DNA from: an uncultured Gemmatimonadales bacterium
GTDB lineage: Bacteria; Gemmatimonadota; Gemmatimonadetes; Gemmatimonadales; GWC2-71-9
Direction of reading: 5' to 3'
DNA length: 64,000 nucleotides
Assembly (NCBI GenBank): GCA_963748815.1
Contig: CAVVKJ010000005.1
Coordinates: 352,001-416,000, forward strand
The position numbers and the translations under genes are program-made. A model generated the notes under the pieces. It was not told the DNA's origin. It did no database searches and saw nothing but the letters and a program-made list of their open reading frames with translations. Shown one piece after another: positions 52,107-61,619 of this stretch (within the stretch, counting starts at the first letter, position 1; the number at the start of each line of letters is the position of its first letter).

Positions 52107-52994
52107 ATGCGAAATACATCTCGCCTGCTGACCGGCGCCCTGCTGGCCACCACCATCGGCCTCGGCGCCTGCAGCGATTCGTCCGGCCCCAGCACCACCC
52201 CCCTCTCGGCTTCCAACGCCGCCGATGTCGGGGCCGCTGTGGCCAGCACCGCCGACCTGGCACTCGTCGGCATCGCCCCGACCATCCCCAATTTCGGGAC
52301 CGGATTCCCCCTCTTCTTCGCCAACGGTCGGTCAATTGGCGGCGGGATGACCTTCTCTCCCCCCGACTCGCTCCCCAACTGCCCCAGCGCCAGCAACCTG
52401 ACCGACACCGACGGTGACGGCGTGCCCGACAACGCCATGTGGACCTTCAGCGCCGCCGACTGCACCCAGACCGACATCGAGGGCAATCGGAGCGTGGTGA
52501 CCGGCACCGTGGTGCTCACCGATCCGGGCCTCACCGCCGGCTACGACCTGCAGCTCAACAGCCTGACCGGCCAGTACTACCAGAGCGGCGACACCAGCCC
52601 GGTCCTGCAGCTCATCATGGACGGCGACTGGTCGCTCCGCGGCACCAGCGAGACCATCGCCGCCGACCAGGACTACACCTACGTCCTGACCGTGCAGAAC
52701 GAGCGGGTGACGCTCGCCAACGACCTGGCCGTGGCCTTCAACGCCGCGAACGGCACCGCGATTTCCTGGGGCGTGCCGCTCCCCGACGGCACCATCAGCA
52801 TCGACGGCGCCTGGCGGGTGTCCTCGAGCCGAGAGACCCATGCGCTTACCCTGACCACCGTGACGCCGCTGTCGTACGACGCGGAGTGTGCGGGGATCAC
52901 GGCCGGCGTCATTGCGGCCCGCGGGACCGGCGGCACGGTGCGGGTCACCTGGACCGCCTGCGGCGTGCACACGGAGACGTTCACCGCCGATTGA
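52107..52994 (+). CDS. Hypothetical beta-rich lipoprotein
   Basis: RBS GGAG, lipobox LGAC, Ca-binding-like DTDGDGVPD, four further Cys. Confidence 0.75.
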   Translation: MRNTSRLLTGALLATTIGLGACSDSSGPSTTPLSASNAADVGAAVASTADLALVGIAPTIPNFGTGFPLFFANGRSIGGGMTFSPPDSLPNCPSASNLTDTDGDGVPDNAMWTFSAADCTQTDIEGNRSVVTGTVVLTDPGLTAGYDLQLNSLTGQYYQSGDTSPVLQLIMDGDWSLRGTSETIAADQDYTYVLTVQNERVTLANDLAVAFNAANGTAISWGVPLPDGTISIDGAWRVSSSRETHALTLTTVTPLSYDAECAGITAGVIAARGTGGTVRVTWTACGVHTETFTAD

Positions 52995-53014
52995 TCAAGT
53001 ACCCGGAAATGACC

Positions 53015-53055
53015 AAGGCCCGGCGGGAATCTCTCCCGACCGGGCCTTCGTTCTT
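53015..53055. terminator. Hairpin terminator between convergent genes
   Basis: AAGGCCCGG-CGGGA-ATCTC-TCCCG-A-CCGGGCCTT followed by CGTTCTT. Confidence 0.65.
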
Positions 53056-53079
53056 CCTGCTCCCGCTGCCGGGCAGCGC

Positions 53080-54097
53080 CTATCCCTGCTCCGATCCAGT
53101 CCTTCCGGTCCACCAGCTCCCTCACCACATCCTCGCTGGTCCGGTCCGCCGCCTCGGCGGCGAAATTGGTGACCACCCGGTGCCGCAGCACCGTCATCGC
53201 CACCGACCGCACGTCGTCGAGGTCCGCCATCGGGCGGCCCGCCAGCGCCGCGCGCGCCTTGGCACCGAGCACCAGGTACTGGGACGCGCGGGGGCCGGCC
53301 CCCCACTCGACATACTCCCGGATCAGCGCGGGGGCGCCCGGCTCGTTGGGCCGGGTCATCCGCGCCAGCGTCACCGCCGACTGGATCAGCTGCTTCGACA
53401 CCGGAATCCGCCGCACCAGCGCCTGCATGGCCAGGAGCTGCCTGCCGTCGAACACCGGCTCCAGCGCCGCCCCGCGGCTGCCGGTGGTCTGCTCGACGAT
53501 GGCCTCCTCCTCCGACTGCGACGGATACCCCACCCGCAGCTCGAACATGAAGCGGTCGAGCTGCGCCTCGGGGAGGGGGTAGGTCCCCTCCTGCTCGATC
53601 GGGTTCTGGGTGGCCAGCACGAAGAACGGCTCCGGCAGCGAGTAGGTCTGCCCACCCACCGTCACCTGGTGCTCCTGCATGGCCTGGAGCAGCGCGGCCT
53701 GGGTCTTCGGCGGGGTGCGGTTGATTTCGTCGGCCAGCACCACGTTGGCGAACACCGGGCCCTTCACGAACCGGAAGGCCCGCTTGCCGGTGGTGAGGTC
53801 CTCCTCGATGATTTCGGTGCCGGTGATGTCGCTCGGCATCAGGTCGGGGGTGAACTGCACCCGCTGGAAACTCAGCGCGAGGGCCTCGGCCACGGTGTGC
53901 ACCATCATCGTCTTGGCCAGCCCCGGCACGCCGATGAGGAGGGCGTGTCCCCCGGCCAGGATGGCGGCGAGGATGCCCTCCACGGCCTCCTCCTGCCCGA
54001 CGATGCGGCGCGCCACCTGCGCGCGGAGGCGGGTGGCGGCGGCGGCGAGTTGCCGGAGTTGTTCGACGTCGGAAGGGGGCGTGCTGGTGACGGTCAT
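53080..54097 (-). CDS. MoxR-family AAA+ ATPase
   Basis: GVPGLAKT, RVQFTPDLMPSD, DEINR, ATQNPIEQEGTYPLPEAQLDRF; true stop probably the TAG at 53080-53082, hidden by a homopolymer indel. Confidence 0.88.
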
Positions 54098-54156
54098 GTC
54101 CACTCGCGTTCAGGGTCTGGTGGCGCTACGGGCGGCGGGCCGGGAAAGTTGCACCG

Positions 54157-54606
54157 CTACTTGGCGGGCGCGTAGGCGTACTGCGAGGCGAGGCAAATCC
54201 ACTGCCCGTCCATGGTGCGCACCCAGGTGTCGGTCCAGACGACATGGACATGGAGGCTCGCCCCGTCACTGCCGGTGGTCATCAGGTTGGCTTCGCCGAG
54301 GTGGACGGCAGTCTGGCTGTAGACCAGGACCTTGTATTCGGGGTCGGGGACCGGCGCGAAGGTGGTGGTGCCGCGCTGGAGTTCCTTGAGGTACTTGCCC
54401 CGGTCCATCCGGCTGCCATCGGCGTTGGTCATGACGAAATCGGGCGACATGAAGGTCTCGACGGCCGACCAGTTGCCGAGGGAGATGGCCGTCCGCCACT
54501 GCACTTCCTTCTCGTGAATTCCCTTGCTGACGGCGGCGTCGGATTGCGCCGCCAGGGGGAGGCTGGCCAGGCAGAGCAGGAATGTCGCGCAGAGGGTGCG
54601 GAGCAT
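54157..54606 (-). CDS. Secreted NTF2-like (DUF4440) protein
   Basis: Signal peptide, M.PDFV.T..DG, WTDTWV..DGQW. Confidence 0.7.
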   Translation of the reverse strand: MLRTLCATFLLCLASLPLAAQSDAAVSKGIHEKEVQWRTAISLGNWSAVETFMSPDFVMTNADGSRMDRGKYLKELQRGTTTFAPVPDPEYKVLVYSQTAVHLGEANLMTTGSDGASLHVHVVWTDTWVRTMDGQWICLASQYAYAPAK

Positions 54607-54742
54607 GGGTACCTCGTTCGGGGATGGCGGAATGTAATGAAACGGGGGGGTCGGGGGGCAGCGGGGCCGGGGGGCAGCGGGCCCAAGAGGTGAGGCAGAA
54701 ATTGCTTGCGCTTTTTTTCACAAGCCGCTAATTTCCCGCCCG

Positions 54743-55018
54743 ATGAAGGAGCCCACGGGGACTTCCCGCGAGGTCGGGGAGGGGTACAGGTACGTCTCCC
54801 TCGGCTTCACCTTTGCCGCCGGGATCATCTTCTTCATGGGGATGGGCTGGCTGCTGGACCGCTGGCTCGGCTGGACGCCGATCCTGACGGTGGCGGGGAC
54901 GCTCTTCGGGGCCGTGATGAGCTTCCTGAACGTGTACTGGAAGCTCCAGGCGGACGAACAGCGCTACCGCAAGGAGCACCCCCATCCAGGCGGCAAGGGT
55001 CCGGGGGCGCGCCCGTGA
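54743..55018 (+). CDS. AtpZ/AtpI-family protein
   Basis: GWLLDRWLG..P two-TM motif; first gene of the atp operon. Confidence 0.75.
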   Translation: MKEPTGTSREVGEGYRYVSLGFTFAAGIIFFMGMGWLLDRWLGWTPILTVAGTLFGAVMSFLNVYWKLQADEQRYRKEHPHPGGKGPGARP

Positions 55019-55356
55019 AGCAGCTGGCAGTCGGCCTGGGGCTGACGGCGGTGGTGACCGCCCTCCTGGTCTGGGGGTTTGGACCGGAGGCGTTCTTGCC
55101 CGGAGTGGCGTTCGGGGCCGTGGCGACCGCCATCCAGCTCATTGCCGGAGTGTTCCTGCGGCGGGCGGTCGGCCAGCCATTCGAGCAGCTCCTGAAGGCG
55201 TGGGGCATCGGCATGGGACTTCGGGTGCTCGGGATGTTCCTCTTCCTGGGCGCGGTGCTGGCTGACCGGACGTTGTTTCCGCCGCTCCCGACGGCACTGG
55301 CGTTCCTGGGGGTGCTGATTCCCCTGATGTTCTCGGACCTACGGACGATACGATGA
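55015..55356 (+). CDS. ATP synthase protein I-like membrane protein
   Basis: Four hydrophobic segments, directly upstream of atpB. Confidence 0.65.
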   Translation: MKQLAVGLGLTAVVTALLVWGFGPEAFLPGVAFGAVATAIQLIAGVFLRRAVGQPFEQLLKAWGIGMGLRVLGMFLFLGAVLADRTLFPPLPTALAFLGVLIPLMFSDLRTIR

Positions 55357-56213
55357 TGCTTGGTCAGGGCCCCGACATCGGCGAGATGGTGCTCCACCAC
55401 ACGGCGGACGCCTGGACGATCGATCTGTACCCGTTCGGCGCGATCCACCTGCCGCGCTGGGCCGATGTCCATCTGGGCGCGCTCACGCTCAACCTGTCCC
55501 CCACCAAGCACGTGGTGTACCTGGCGCTCTCGGCGCTGCTCGTCTTCCTGACGATGTGGCTCACCGGGCGCTCGCTGCGGCGCCAGCGAGCCGGCCAGCA
55601 CGCGCCGAAGGGGTTTGCCGCGGCGATGGAGGGGATGGTTCTCTTCGTCCGGGACGACATCGCCATCGCCAACATCGGCAAGGACGGCGCGAAGTTCGCC
55701 CCGCTGATCATGGCGCTCTTCTTCTTCATTCTCTACGCCAACCTGCTCGGTCTCGTCCCCTACGGCGCTTCGCCCACCGGCAACCTGGCGGTGACGGCGG
55801 CGCTCGCCCTCCTCGTGTTCGTGACGGTGGAAATCGGCGGGATGATGAAGCTCGGCACCAAGGGGTACCTGGGGACGATCTTCCCGCACGTGCCCGGGAT
55901 GCACGGGCCCGGCGCGGTGGCCTTTTCCCTGTTCATGGCGCCGGTCGAAATCCTCGGCAAGCTGGTCAAGCCCTTCGCCCTGGCGGTCCGTCTCTTCGGC
56001 AACATGACGGCAGGGCACTTCGTGATTCTCTCGCTCTTCGGCATCATCTTCCTCTTCGGCGAGATCCAGGGGTGGAACTGGGCCATCGGCGGCCTCACCG
56101 CCGTGCTGGTGGTGGGGGTGATGATGCTGGAACTGATCGTGGCGTTCCTGCAGGCGTATGTTTTCGCGCTGCTGTCCGCCGTGTTCATCGGGATGATGCA
56201 GGTCGAGCACTAG
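55353..56213 (+). CDS. atpB: F0 subunit a
   Basis: NLLGLVP, KPFALAVRLFGNMTAGH, LQAYVF. Confidence 0.95.
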   Translation: MMLGQGPDIGEMVLHHTADAWTIDLYPFGAIHLPRWADVHLGALTLNLSPTKHVVYLALSALLVFLTMWLTGRSLRRQRAGQHAPKGFAAAMEGMVLFVRDDIAIANIGKDGAKFAPLIMALFFFILYANLLGLVPYGASPTGNLAVTAALALLVFVTVEIGGMMKLGTKGYLGTIFPHVPGMHGPGAVAFSLFMAPVEILGKLVKPFALAVRLFGNMTAGHFVILSLFGIIFLFGEIQGWNWAIGGLTAVLVVGVMMLELIVAFLQAYVFALLSAVFIGMMQVEH

Positions 56214-56406
56214 CAGGCGCAGGGCCCCGACGGCGCGCGCTGCCGCCGCCGGGTTGACAGGTCGTCCGCCGATTGGCGGATGATGCGCCCGCTGGCCCCC
56301 TCGTGGGGCCGATGGCGGGCCGCCGTGAAGGACCGCGCTGGAGACGCGGTGCCGGACCGGGTGGCGCAACAACCAGACATCTCCACTCTTGAACAGGACT
56401 GACCAC

Positions 56407-56694
56407 ATGTTTCTCCTCAATCTCGTGCAGGACATGGCCCCGACCGGCGCCGACATGGTGGCCGCCGCGAAGAACTCCTACGCCCTCCTCGGCGCCGCCC
56501 TCGGCATCGGCCTCGCCATCATCGGCGCGGGCATCGGCCTCGGCCGCATCGGTGGCCAGGCGGCCGAAGCGATCGCGCGCCAGCCCGAGGCCGCCGGCGA
56601 GATCCGTGGCGCCGCGCTGCTGATCGCGGTGCTCCTCGAAGGCGCCACGATCATCGCGCTGGTGTTCGCCCTGCTCTTCAAGCTCATCGCGTAA
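56407..56694 (+). CDS. atpE: F0 subunit c
   Basis: GAGIGLG, ARQPEA, LLEG. Confidence 0.92.
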   Translation: MFLLNLVQDMAPTGADMVAAAKNSYALLGAALGIGLAIIGAGIGLGRIGGQAAEAIARQPEAAGEIRGAALLIAVLLEGATIIALVFALLFKLIA

Positions 56695-56703
56695 GGCGGC
56701 TCC

Positions 56704-57246
56704 ATGTATTCCGTGTTGCTCGCGTCATCCGAGGGCGCTGCCGGAGCCCCGATGTCACCCTTCGAGGTGAACTTCGGGCTCTTCTTCTGGACCTGGATCG
56801 TGTTCGGCATGCTCTTCTTCCTCCTGAAGAAGTATGCCTGGCCCGCCATCCTCACGGTGACCGAGCAGCGCGAGGAGACGATCCGTCGTCACCTGGCGGA
56901 AGCGGAGCAGGCGCACGAGAAGGCCGCGGCGTTGCTCGCCGAGCAGCAGAAGCTGCTCGGCGAGTCGCGCACGCAGGCGCAGTCCATCCTGGCGGAGGCG
57001 AAGACGGCCTCCGAGCGGGAGCGGGCGGCGGCGGTGCAGAAGACCCGCGACGAGCAGGACCAGCTCCTGGCCCGCGCCCGCCGCGAGATTGCTGCGGAAG
57101 GGGAGAAGGCCCGGCAGGAACTCCGCCGCGAGGCGGTGGACCTCTCGCTGGCCGCGGCGTCCAAGCTCATCGGTGAGCGGCTCAGCGCCGACGCCGACAA
57201 GAAGATCGTGATGGACTTCCTGAGCACGCTGGAGTCGACGCATTGA
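56704..57246 (+). CDS. atpF: F0 subunit b
   Basis: FFWTWIVF..L..LLKKYAWP.I, long helical stalk. Confidence 0.92.
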   Translation: MYSVLLASSEGAAGAPMSPFEVNFGLFFWTWIVFGMLFFLLKKYAWPAILTVTEQREETIRRHLAEAEQAHEKAAALLAEQQKLLGESRTQAQSILAEAKTASERERAAAVQKTRDEQDQLLARARREIAAEGEKARQELRREAVDLSLAAASKLIGERLSADADKKIVMDFLSTLESTH

Positions 57247-57779
57247 GGCACGAAGCGATCGCCCGGAACTACGCCGAGGCGCTGTTCGCACTCGGTGAGC
57301 AGGAGGGGCAAACCGAGAAGTACGGCGACCTCCTCGGTGCCCTCGCCGTCGCGGTGGCCGGGACACCGCAGGTGCAGGCGGTCATGCTGTCGCCCCGGGT
57401 GCCGAAGAATGCCAAGGCCCAGTTGCTGGCCGACGCGCTCCCCGATGCGCCGAAGCCGTTCGTGCTCTTCCTGCAGGCGTTGGTCAAGCGGGGCCGGCAG
57501 GGGCTGCTGGCCGAGATCTACTCGGTGTACGGCGCGATGGTGGATGCCAAGCTCAACCGGGTGCGCGTCGTCGTGACGCTCGCGCATGCTGCCGACCGCG
57601 CGCTGGCCGACCAGATCGCCGCCGCCCTGACCAAGGCGCTCGGCAAGCAGGCGCTGGTGGGTTTCGCCACCGATCCCGCCATTCTCGGCGGCTCCGTGGT
57701 GCGCGTGGGCGACCGGGTGCACGACGGGTCGCTGCGCCGGAAGATGATCATGCTCCGGCGGCAATTGTTGAATCGCTAG
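57243..57779 (+). CDS. atpH: F1 subunit delta
   Basis: IARNYAEALF, DPAILGG..VRVGDRV.DGSL. Confidence 0.92.
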   Translation: MRHEAIARNYAEALFALGEQEGQTEKYGDLLGALAVAVAGTPQVQAVMLSPRVPKNAKAQLLADALPDAPKPFVLFLQALVKRGRQGLLAEIYSVYGAMVDAKLNRVRVVVTLAHAADRALADQIAAALTKALGKQALVGFATDPAILGGSVVRVGDRVHDGSLRRKMIMLRRQLLNR

Positions 57780-57799
57780 CGTCCGGCGCACCGATGTCG

Positions 57800-57835
57800 A
57801 AACGGGTCCATCCGCGAGGGTGGGCCCGTTTTCTT
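57800..57835 (+). terminator. Intrinsic terminator after atpH
   Basis: AAACGGGTCCATCC-GCGA-GGGTGGGCCCGTTT-TCTT. Confidence 0.75.
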
Positions 57836-57879
57836 GGGATCCCAGCGGAGCGTATGCCGGGGTGGGCGTATGCCCACCC

Positions 57880-58314
57880 CTAGCGCACAACGACGCAATT
57901 TCGGTTGGGGATGGACCTCGAATTGGTCGACTGTCGGGATCGGTGAATCTGCTCCTGATTCTGGACGTAGCTCCGAAGAGTGTCGTCGTCCCGTGGGTCC
58001 ACGCCGGCGGCGGAGTAGCCGCGCTGCCATTCGAAGGCAATGAGGCCTGGGTGAGTTCGGCGGACCCATGCCGTCGAGTTGGCCTTGAGCGCGTTGACGA
58101 GGGCGGAAATCGTGGTTTGGGGTGACAGCATCACGTAGAGGTGAACATGATCCACCCAGCCCCCGATGGCGATTGGGTGGGAGTGCAGCCGATGTGCGAT
58201 GCCTCCCAAGACCTCAAACACCCTTGGCCGGAGTCCTTCCGCCAGCCAGGGATGCCGCATCTTGGTGGCCCAGACAAGGTGGACTCCCACACGACACCGT
58301 GAACGCATGCCCAT
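57880..58314 (-). CDS. tnpA: HUH Y1 transposase (IS200/IS605 TnpA or RAYT family)
   Basis: HLVWATK.R, DHVH (HUH), LK.NS, FEWQRGY, YVQNQ. Confidence 0.85.
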   Translation of the reverse strand: MGMRSRCRVGVHLVWATKMRHPWLAEGLRPRVFEVLGGIAHRLHSHPIAIGGWVDHVHLYVMLSPQTTISALVNALKANSTAWVRRTHPGLIAFEWQRGYSAAGVDPRDDDTLRSYVQNQEQIHRSRQSTNSRSIPNRNCVVVR

Positions 58315-58440
58315 ACCTCCGTCCCTGCAACCTCCTCCAAAACGACTCCACCCGCGTCATCCATTCATCCGCATCCGGTGCAGAATATCCCGCCTCGAAA
58401 TTGCGCCTGTCAGCGATAGGGGTGGGCATACGCCCACCCC

Positions 58441-58506
58441 GTGGTCACGCCCACCCCGTGGTCACGCCCACCCCGTGGTCACGCCCACCCGTGGTCACGC
58501 CGACCC
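58441..58506. repeat. Four tandem ~17-nt units GTGGTCACGCCCACCCC
   Basis: Read directly; each unit resembles the 3' part of the adjacent REP. Confidence 0.85.
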
Positions 58507-58611
58507 GGAGGCGATCCGCGCCCCGCTGTTCCTTCCACGCCATCGACTCCGACCCTGACCCCCTAGTAACTTTCCAGCGACCTCACTCGTCCCCGAATCC
58601 CGGACCCCACG

Positions 58612-61587
58612 ATGCTCATTCCTCTTTTTGCCCTGGCACTCGTGCAGCAGCAGGCCACCCCCGGCGCCGGTCCCACGCCGTACTGGCAGCAGTTCGTGGC
58701 CTACGAAATCGATGCCTCGCTGGATGAACCGAGTGGAGTTCTCTCGGGTCGCCAGCAGTTGATGTACCGGAACAACTCCCCGGACACCCTCCGGCAGATC
58801 AGCTTCCACCTCTACCTCAACGCCTTCCGACCCGGCAGCCGCTGGTCGGACGCCGATTCGCTCGAGAACACCCGCCGGTTCAACGATCTCACCGACCCCA
58901 ACTACGGGTTCAATCACGTCCGCAACGTGCGACTGATGGGGTACATCGTCGAACCGATCTATCCCTTTGCGCCCGACAGCACCGTCGTCCGGTTCATGCT
59001 GCCGAAGCCGCTGGCGCCGGGGGATTCACTCGTCGGCGAGATGGACTGGGACGCCCGACCGTCCATCCCCCCGCGGCGCCAGGGCCGGCGGGGCCGGGCC
59101 TTCGACTTCGCGCAGTGGTACCCCCGGGTGGTGACCTACGACCAGTTCGGGTGGGAAGAGCACCCGCTCTATCCTGCCGGGGAGTTCTACGGGGAATTCG
59201 GGACCTTCCTCCTGCGGCTCGACGTGGCCGAGGACCAGGTCATCGGCGCCACGGGGGTGCCGCTCTGCGGTGACCCCGGGTGGGCACGCGCCAACCAGCA
59301 GCCGAACCGGCGCATCGACTACGGGCGCGACTTCTACGGAGATCCCGCCGGCTTCAAGTGCGGCAGCAAGGCGCCGGCGCCCGGCCGGAAGGTCGTGACG
59401 TGGTACGCGGCGGACGTCCACCACTTTGCGATGTCGCTCAATCCGGAGTATCGCTACGAGGGAGGGCGGTGGGGCGGGGTGGCGGTCCACGTGCTCTACC
59501 AGCCTGGGGACGAGAAAAGCTGGGGCGGCGGGGTGGCCGTGCAGCGCACCGAGAAGGCGCTCGCCTGGCTGAACCAGACCTTCGGCGCCTTCCCCTGGCC
59601 GCAGGTTACCAACGTGCACCGCATCGAAGGGGGCGGCACCGAATTCCCGATGATGATCATGGACGGCTCCGCCTCCGAGGGGCTGATCGTCCACGAACTG
59701 GGCCACAACTACGTCATGGGCATCCTGGCCAACAACGAATGGCGCGAGGGGTGGCTCGACGAGGGGTTCACCTCCTACCAGGAGGGGCTCTATGCCGAGG
59801 CCAACGGCGGAAGCGCCGGCGTCGCGGGCACCGAACAGTTTCTCCTCGGCATGCAGCTCGACGGGTACGCCGAGCCGTACAGCATGGTGAGCAACGAGTA
59901 CCGGGACTTCTTCACCTACAGCGCCAGCATCTATTCCGGCGGCGAGCTCTTCCTGCGCCGTCTCCAGTACGTGGTCGGCGACTCCACCATGCAGGCGGTG
60001 CTCCGGCGCTATTACGAGCAGTGGAAACTGAAGCACGTGAACGAAGACCGGTTCCGGGCGGTCGCGGAGGAAACCTCGCGGCAGAGCCTCGGCGCGTTCT
60101 TTTCCCAGCAGCTGCACGGGGTGGACCTGACCGACTACGCCCTCGGCCGCACCAGTCGCACGCAGGCCCCCGATGGCGGCTGGGTGACGCGCGTCGAGGT
60201 CATTCGCAAGGCGCCCAGACAGATCCCGGTGGAAGTGCAGGTCACGGGAACGGCGGATACGGTCACCGTGCGTTCGGCGGGGGTGGCGGAGCGGGAATGG
60301 GTCGTGGTGCGGACTCGCACCGAGCCGACCGGCGTCACCCTCGACCCGCGGGTTCAGACCGGCGACTGGAACTTCCTGAACAACCACACGTCGTTCGGGC
60401 TCCTTTCCGACGGCGGCCGGACCGAGCCCTACCTCGACACCTATTTCTCGACCAGGACCGCGCGCGACCACCGGACCCTCGGCCTGGCGCCGGAGGCGTG
60501 GTACAACGACGCCGGCGGCGTGACGCTCGGCCTCCGCGGCCGATCGGACTACCTGGGGCGGTTCGACCAGAACGTGCTCTCCATTACCGGCGGCACCGGG
60601 TGGGGCGCCGACGACCCGGTCACCAACATCGATGTCTTTGCCCGGGTCAAGAATCCCACGGCGTTGCGCTCCCCCAACATGACCCAGGTCTTCGAGGGGT
60701 TCAGCATGGAAGGGCGCGCGGGTGCCACGGTCGTGCTGGAGAAGAAGCGGCGCGACCATCGGAGCTTTGGGCCTACGGTCACCAAGGGGCTCTCGCTTCG
60801 CTGGGTCGCCGTGACCGACACCGCCTTCCTCGATCCGGGGTACTACCAGGACGCCGGGACGGGCGAGGCCACGGTGTACGGTGGAGTCAGCACCCGTTCG
60901 GGCGCCTGGCAGCTCGGCGTCAACGCCTCGGTCGGCGGCGGCGTCATGTACGACAATGAGGGACCCGGCATGACCACCAACGACCGGTATGACACGCAGG
61001 GCTATTTCCGCGGGTCCCTGGTGGCCACGGCGCGGCGCGCCTTCGACAAGACCTCCCTGGCCTTCCGTGGCTACGCCGGCGCTGCGCTGGCCCACGATCC
61101 GGTGGTCAAGCAGCGGCAGATCTACCTGGCCGGCGCCGACCCCTACGAGCAGATCTACAACCCGTTCCTCCGTTCGGAGGGGGCGCTCCTGGTCCGTCCC
61201 GGGGTGTATTACCAGGCGCCTGGCGGTGCCAACCTGCGCGGATTCGACCCGCACATCAGCTCCCGGCAGGCGTACGGCGTCAACGCACAGATCGAGCGGA
61301 CGCTCGTTTCGCGCCGGGGCGCGAAGCTCTTCAGCACCGTCAGCCTCAGCCTCTGGGGTGACGCCGCCTGGGCCGACCCGCCGAGCGGCACGGAGGCGTA
61401 CGGCGCGCTGCGAGGGTTCTATGACGCCGGCCTCGGCGTGAGCGCGTCGCACCGCATCGGCCAGACCTCGTTCGTGACGCGGTTCGACATGCCCTTCTTC
61501 GTGAGCCAGGCGTCGCGGGCCCAGGATGCGGACCCGACCGAGCAGGTGGGGTTCCGGTGGCTGTTCAGCTTCGCGCCGGCCTTCTAG
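58612..61587 (+). CDS. Secreted M1-family zinc aminopeptidase with a putative C-terminal outer-membrane beta-barrel
   Basis: Signal peptide, AQWYP, GGTEFP, HELGH-x18-E (WLDEG); Gly/aromatic-rich C-terminal strands ending FSFAPAF. Confidence 0.85.
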   Translation: MLIPLFALALVQQQATPGAGPTPYWQQFVAYEIDASLDEPSGVLSGRQQLMYRNNSPDTLRQISFHLYLNAFRPGSRWSDADSLENTRRFNDLTDPNYGFNHVRNVRLMGYIVEPIYPFAPDSTVVRFMLPKPLAPGDSLVGEMDWDARPSIPPRRQGRRGRAFDFAQWYPRVVTYDQFGWEEHPLYPAGEFYGEFGTFLLRLDVAEDQVIGATGVPLCGDPGWARANQQPNRRIDYGRDFYGDPAGFKCGSKAPAPGRKVVTWYAADVHHFAMSLNPEYRYEGGRWGGVAVHVLYQPGDEKSWGGGVAVQRTEKALAWLNQTFGAFPWPQVTNVHRIEGGGTEFPMMIMDGSASEGLIVHELGHNYVMGILANNEWREGWLDEGFTSYQEGLYAEANGGSAGVAGTEQFLLGMQLDGYAEPYSMVSNEYRDFFTYSASIYSGGELFLRRLQYVVGDSTMQAVLRRYYEQWKLKHVNEDRFRAVAEETSRQSLGAFFSQQLHGVDLTDYALGRTSRTQAPDGGWVTRVEVIRKAPRQIPVEVQVTGTADTVTVRSAGVAEREWVVVRTRTEPTGVTLDPRVQTGDWNFLNNHTSFGLLSDGGRTEPYLDTYFSTRTARDHRTLGLAPEAWYNDAGGVTLGLRGRSDYLGRFDQNVLSITGGTGWGADDPVTNIDVFARVKNPTALRSPNMTQVFEGFSMEGRAGATVVLEKKRRDHRSFGPTVTKGLSLRWVAVTDTAFLDPGYYQDAGTGEATVYGGVSTRSGAWQLGVNASVGGGVMYDNEGPGMTTNDRYDTQGYFRGSLVATARRAFDKTSLAFRGYAGAALAHDPVVKQRQIYLAGADPYEQIYNPFLRSEGALLVRPGVYYQAPGGANLRGFDPHISSRQAYGVNAQIERTLVSRRGAKLFSTVSLSLWGDAAWADPPSGTEAYGALRGFYDAGLGVSASHRIGQTSFVTRFDMPFFVSQASRAQDADPTEQVGFRWLFSFAPAF

Positions 61588-61619
61588 GGGAGAGGCCCGC
61601 ACCCCGCTAGACTTCCAGC

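Larger units (their letters stand above)
57859..58506 (-). mobile_element. IS200-like/RAYT element flanked by inverted REP hairpins
   Basis: Identical hairpin GGGGTGGGC-ATAC-GCCCACCCC at 57859-57880 (minus strand) and 58419-58440 (plus strand), around a Y1 transposase. Confidence 0.75.

Noticed and set aside
52679..53079. C-terminal extension of MoxR overlapping the lipoprotein
   Set aside because: It runs through a terminator and antisense to a good gene. One indel restores a stop at 53080.
56407..56694. Na+-translocating ATP synthase
   Set aside because: The c subunit has E-G rather than the E-S/T Na+-binding signature.
58441..58506. CRISPR array (also 17528-17600)
   Set aside because: The units are ~17 nt, directly tandem, with no unique spacers and no cas genes.
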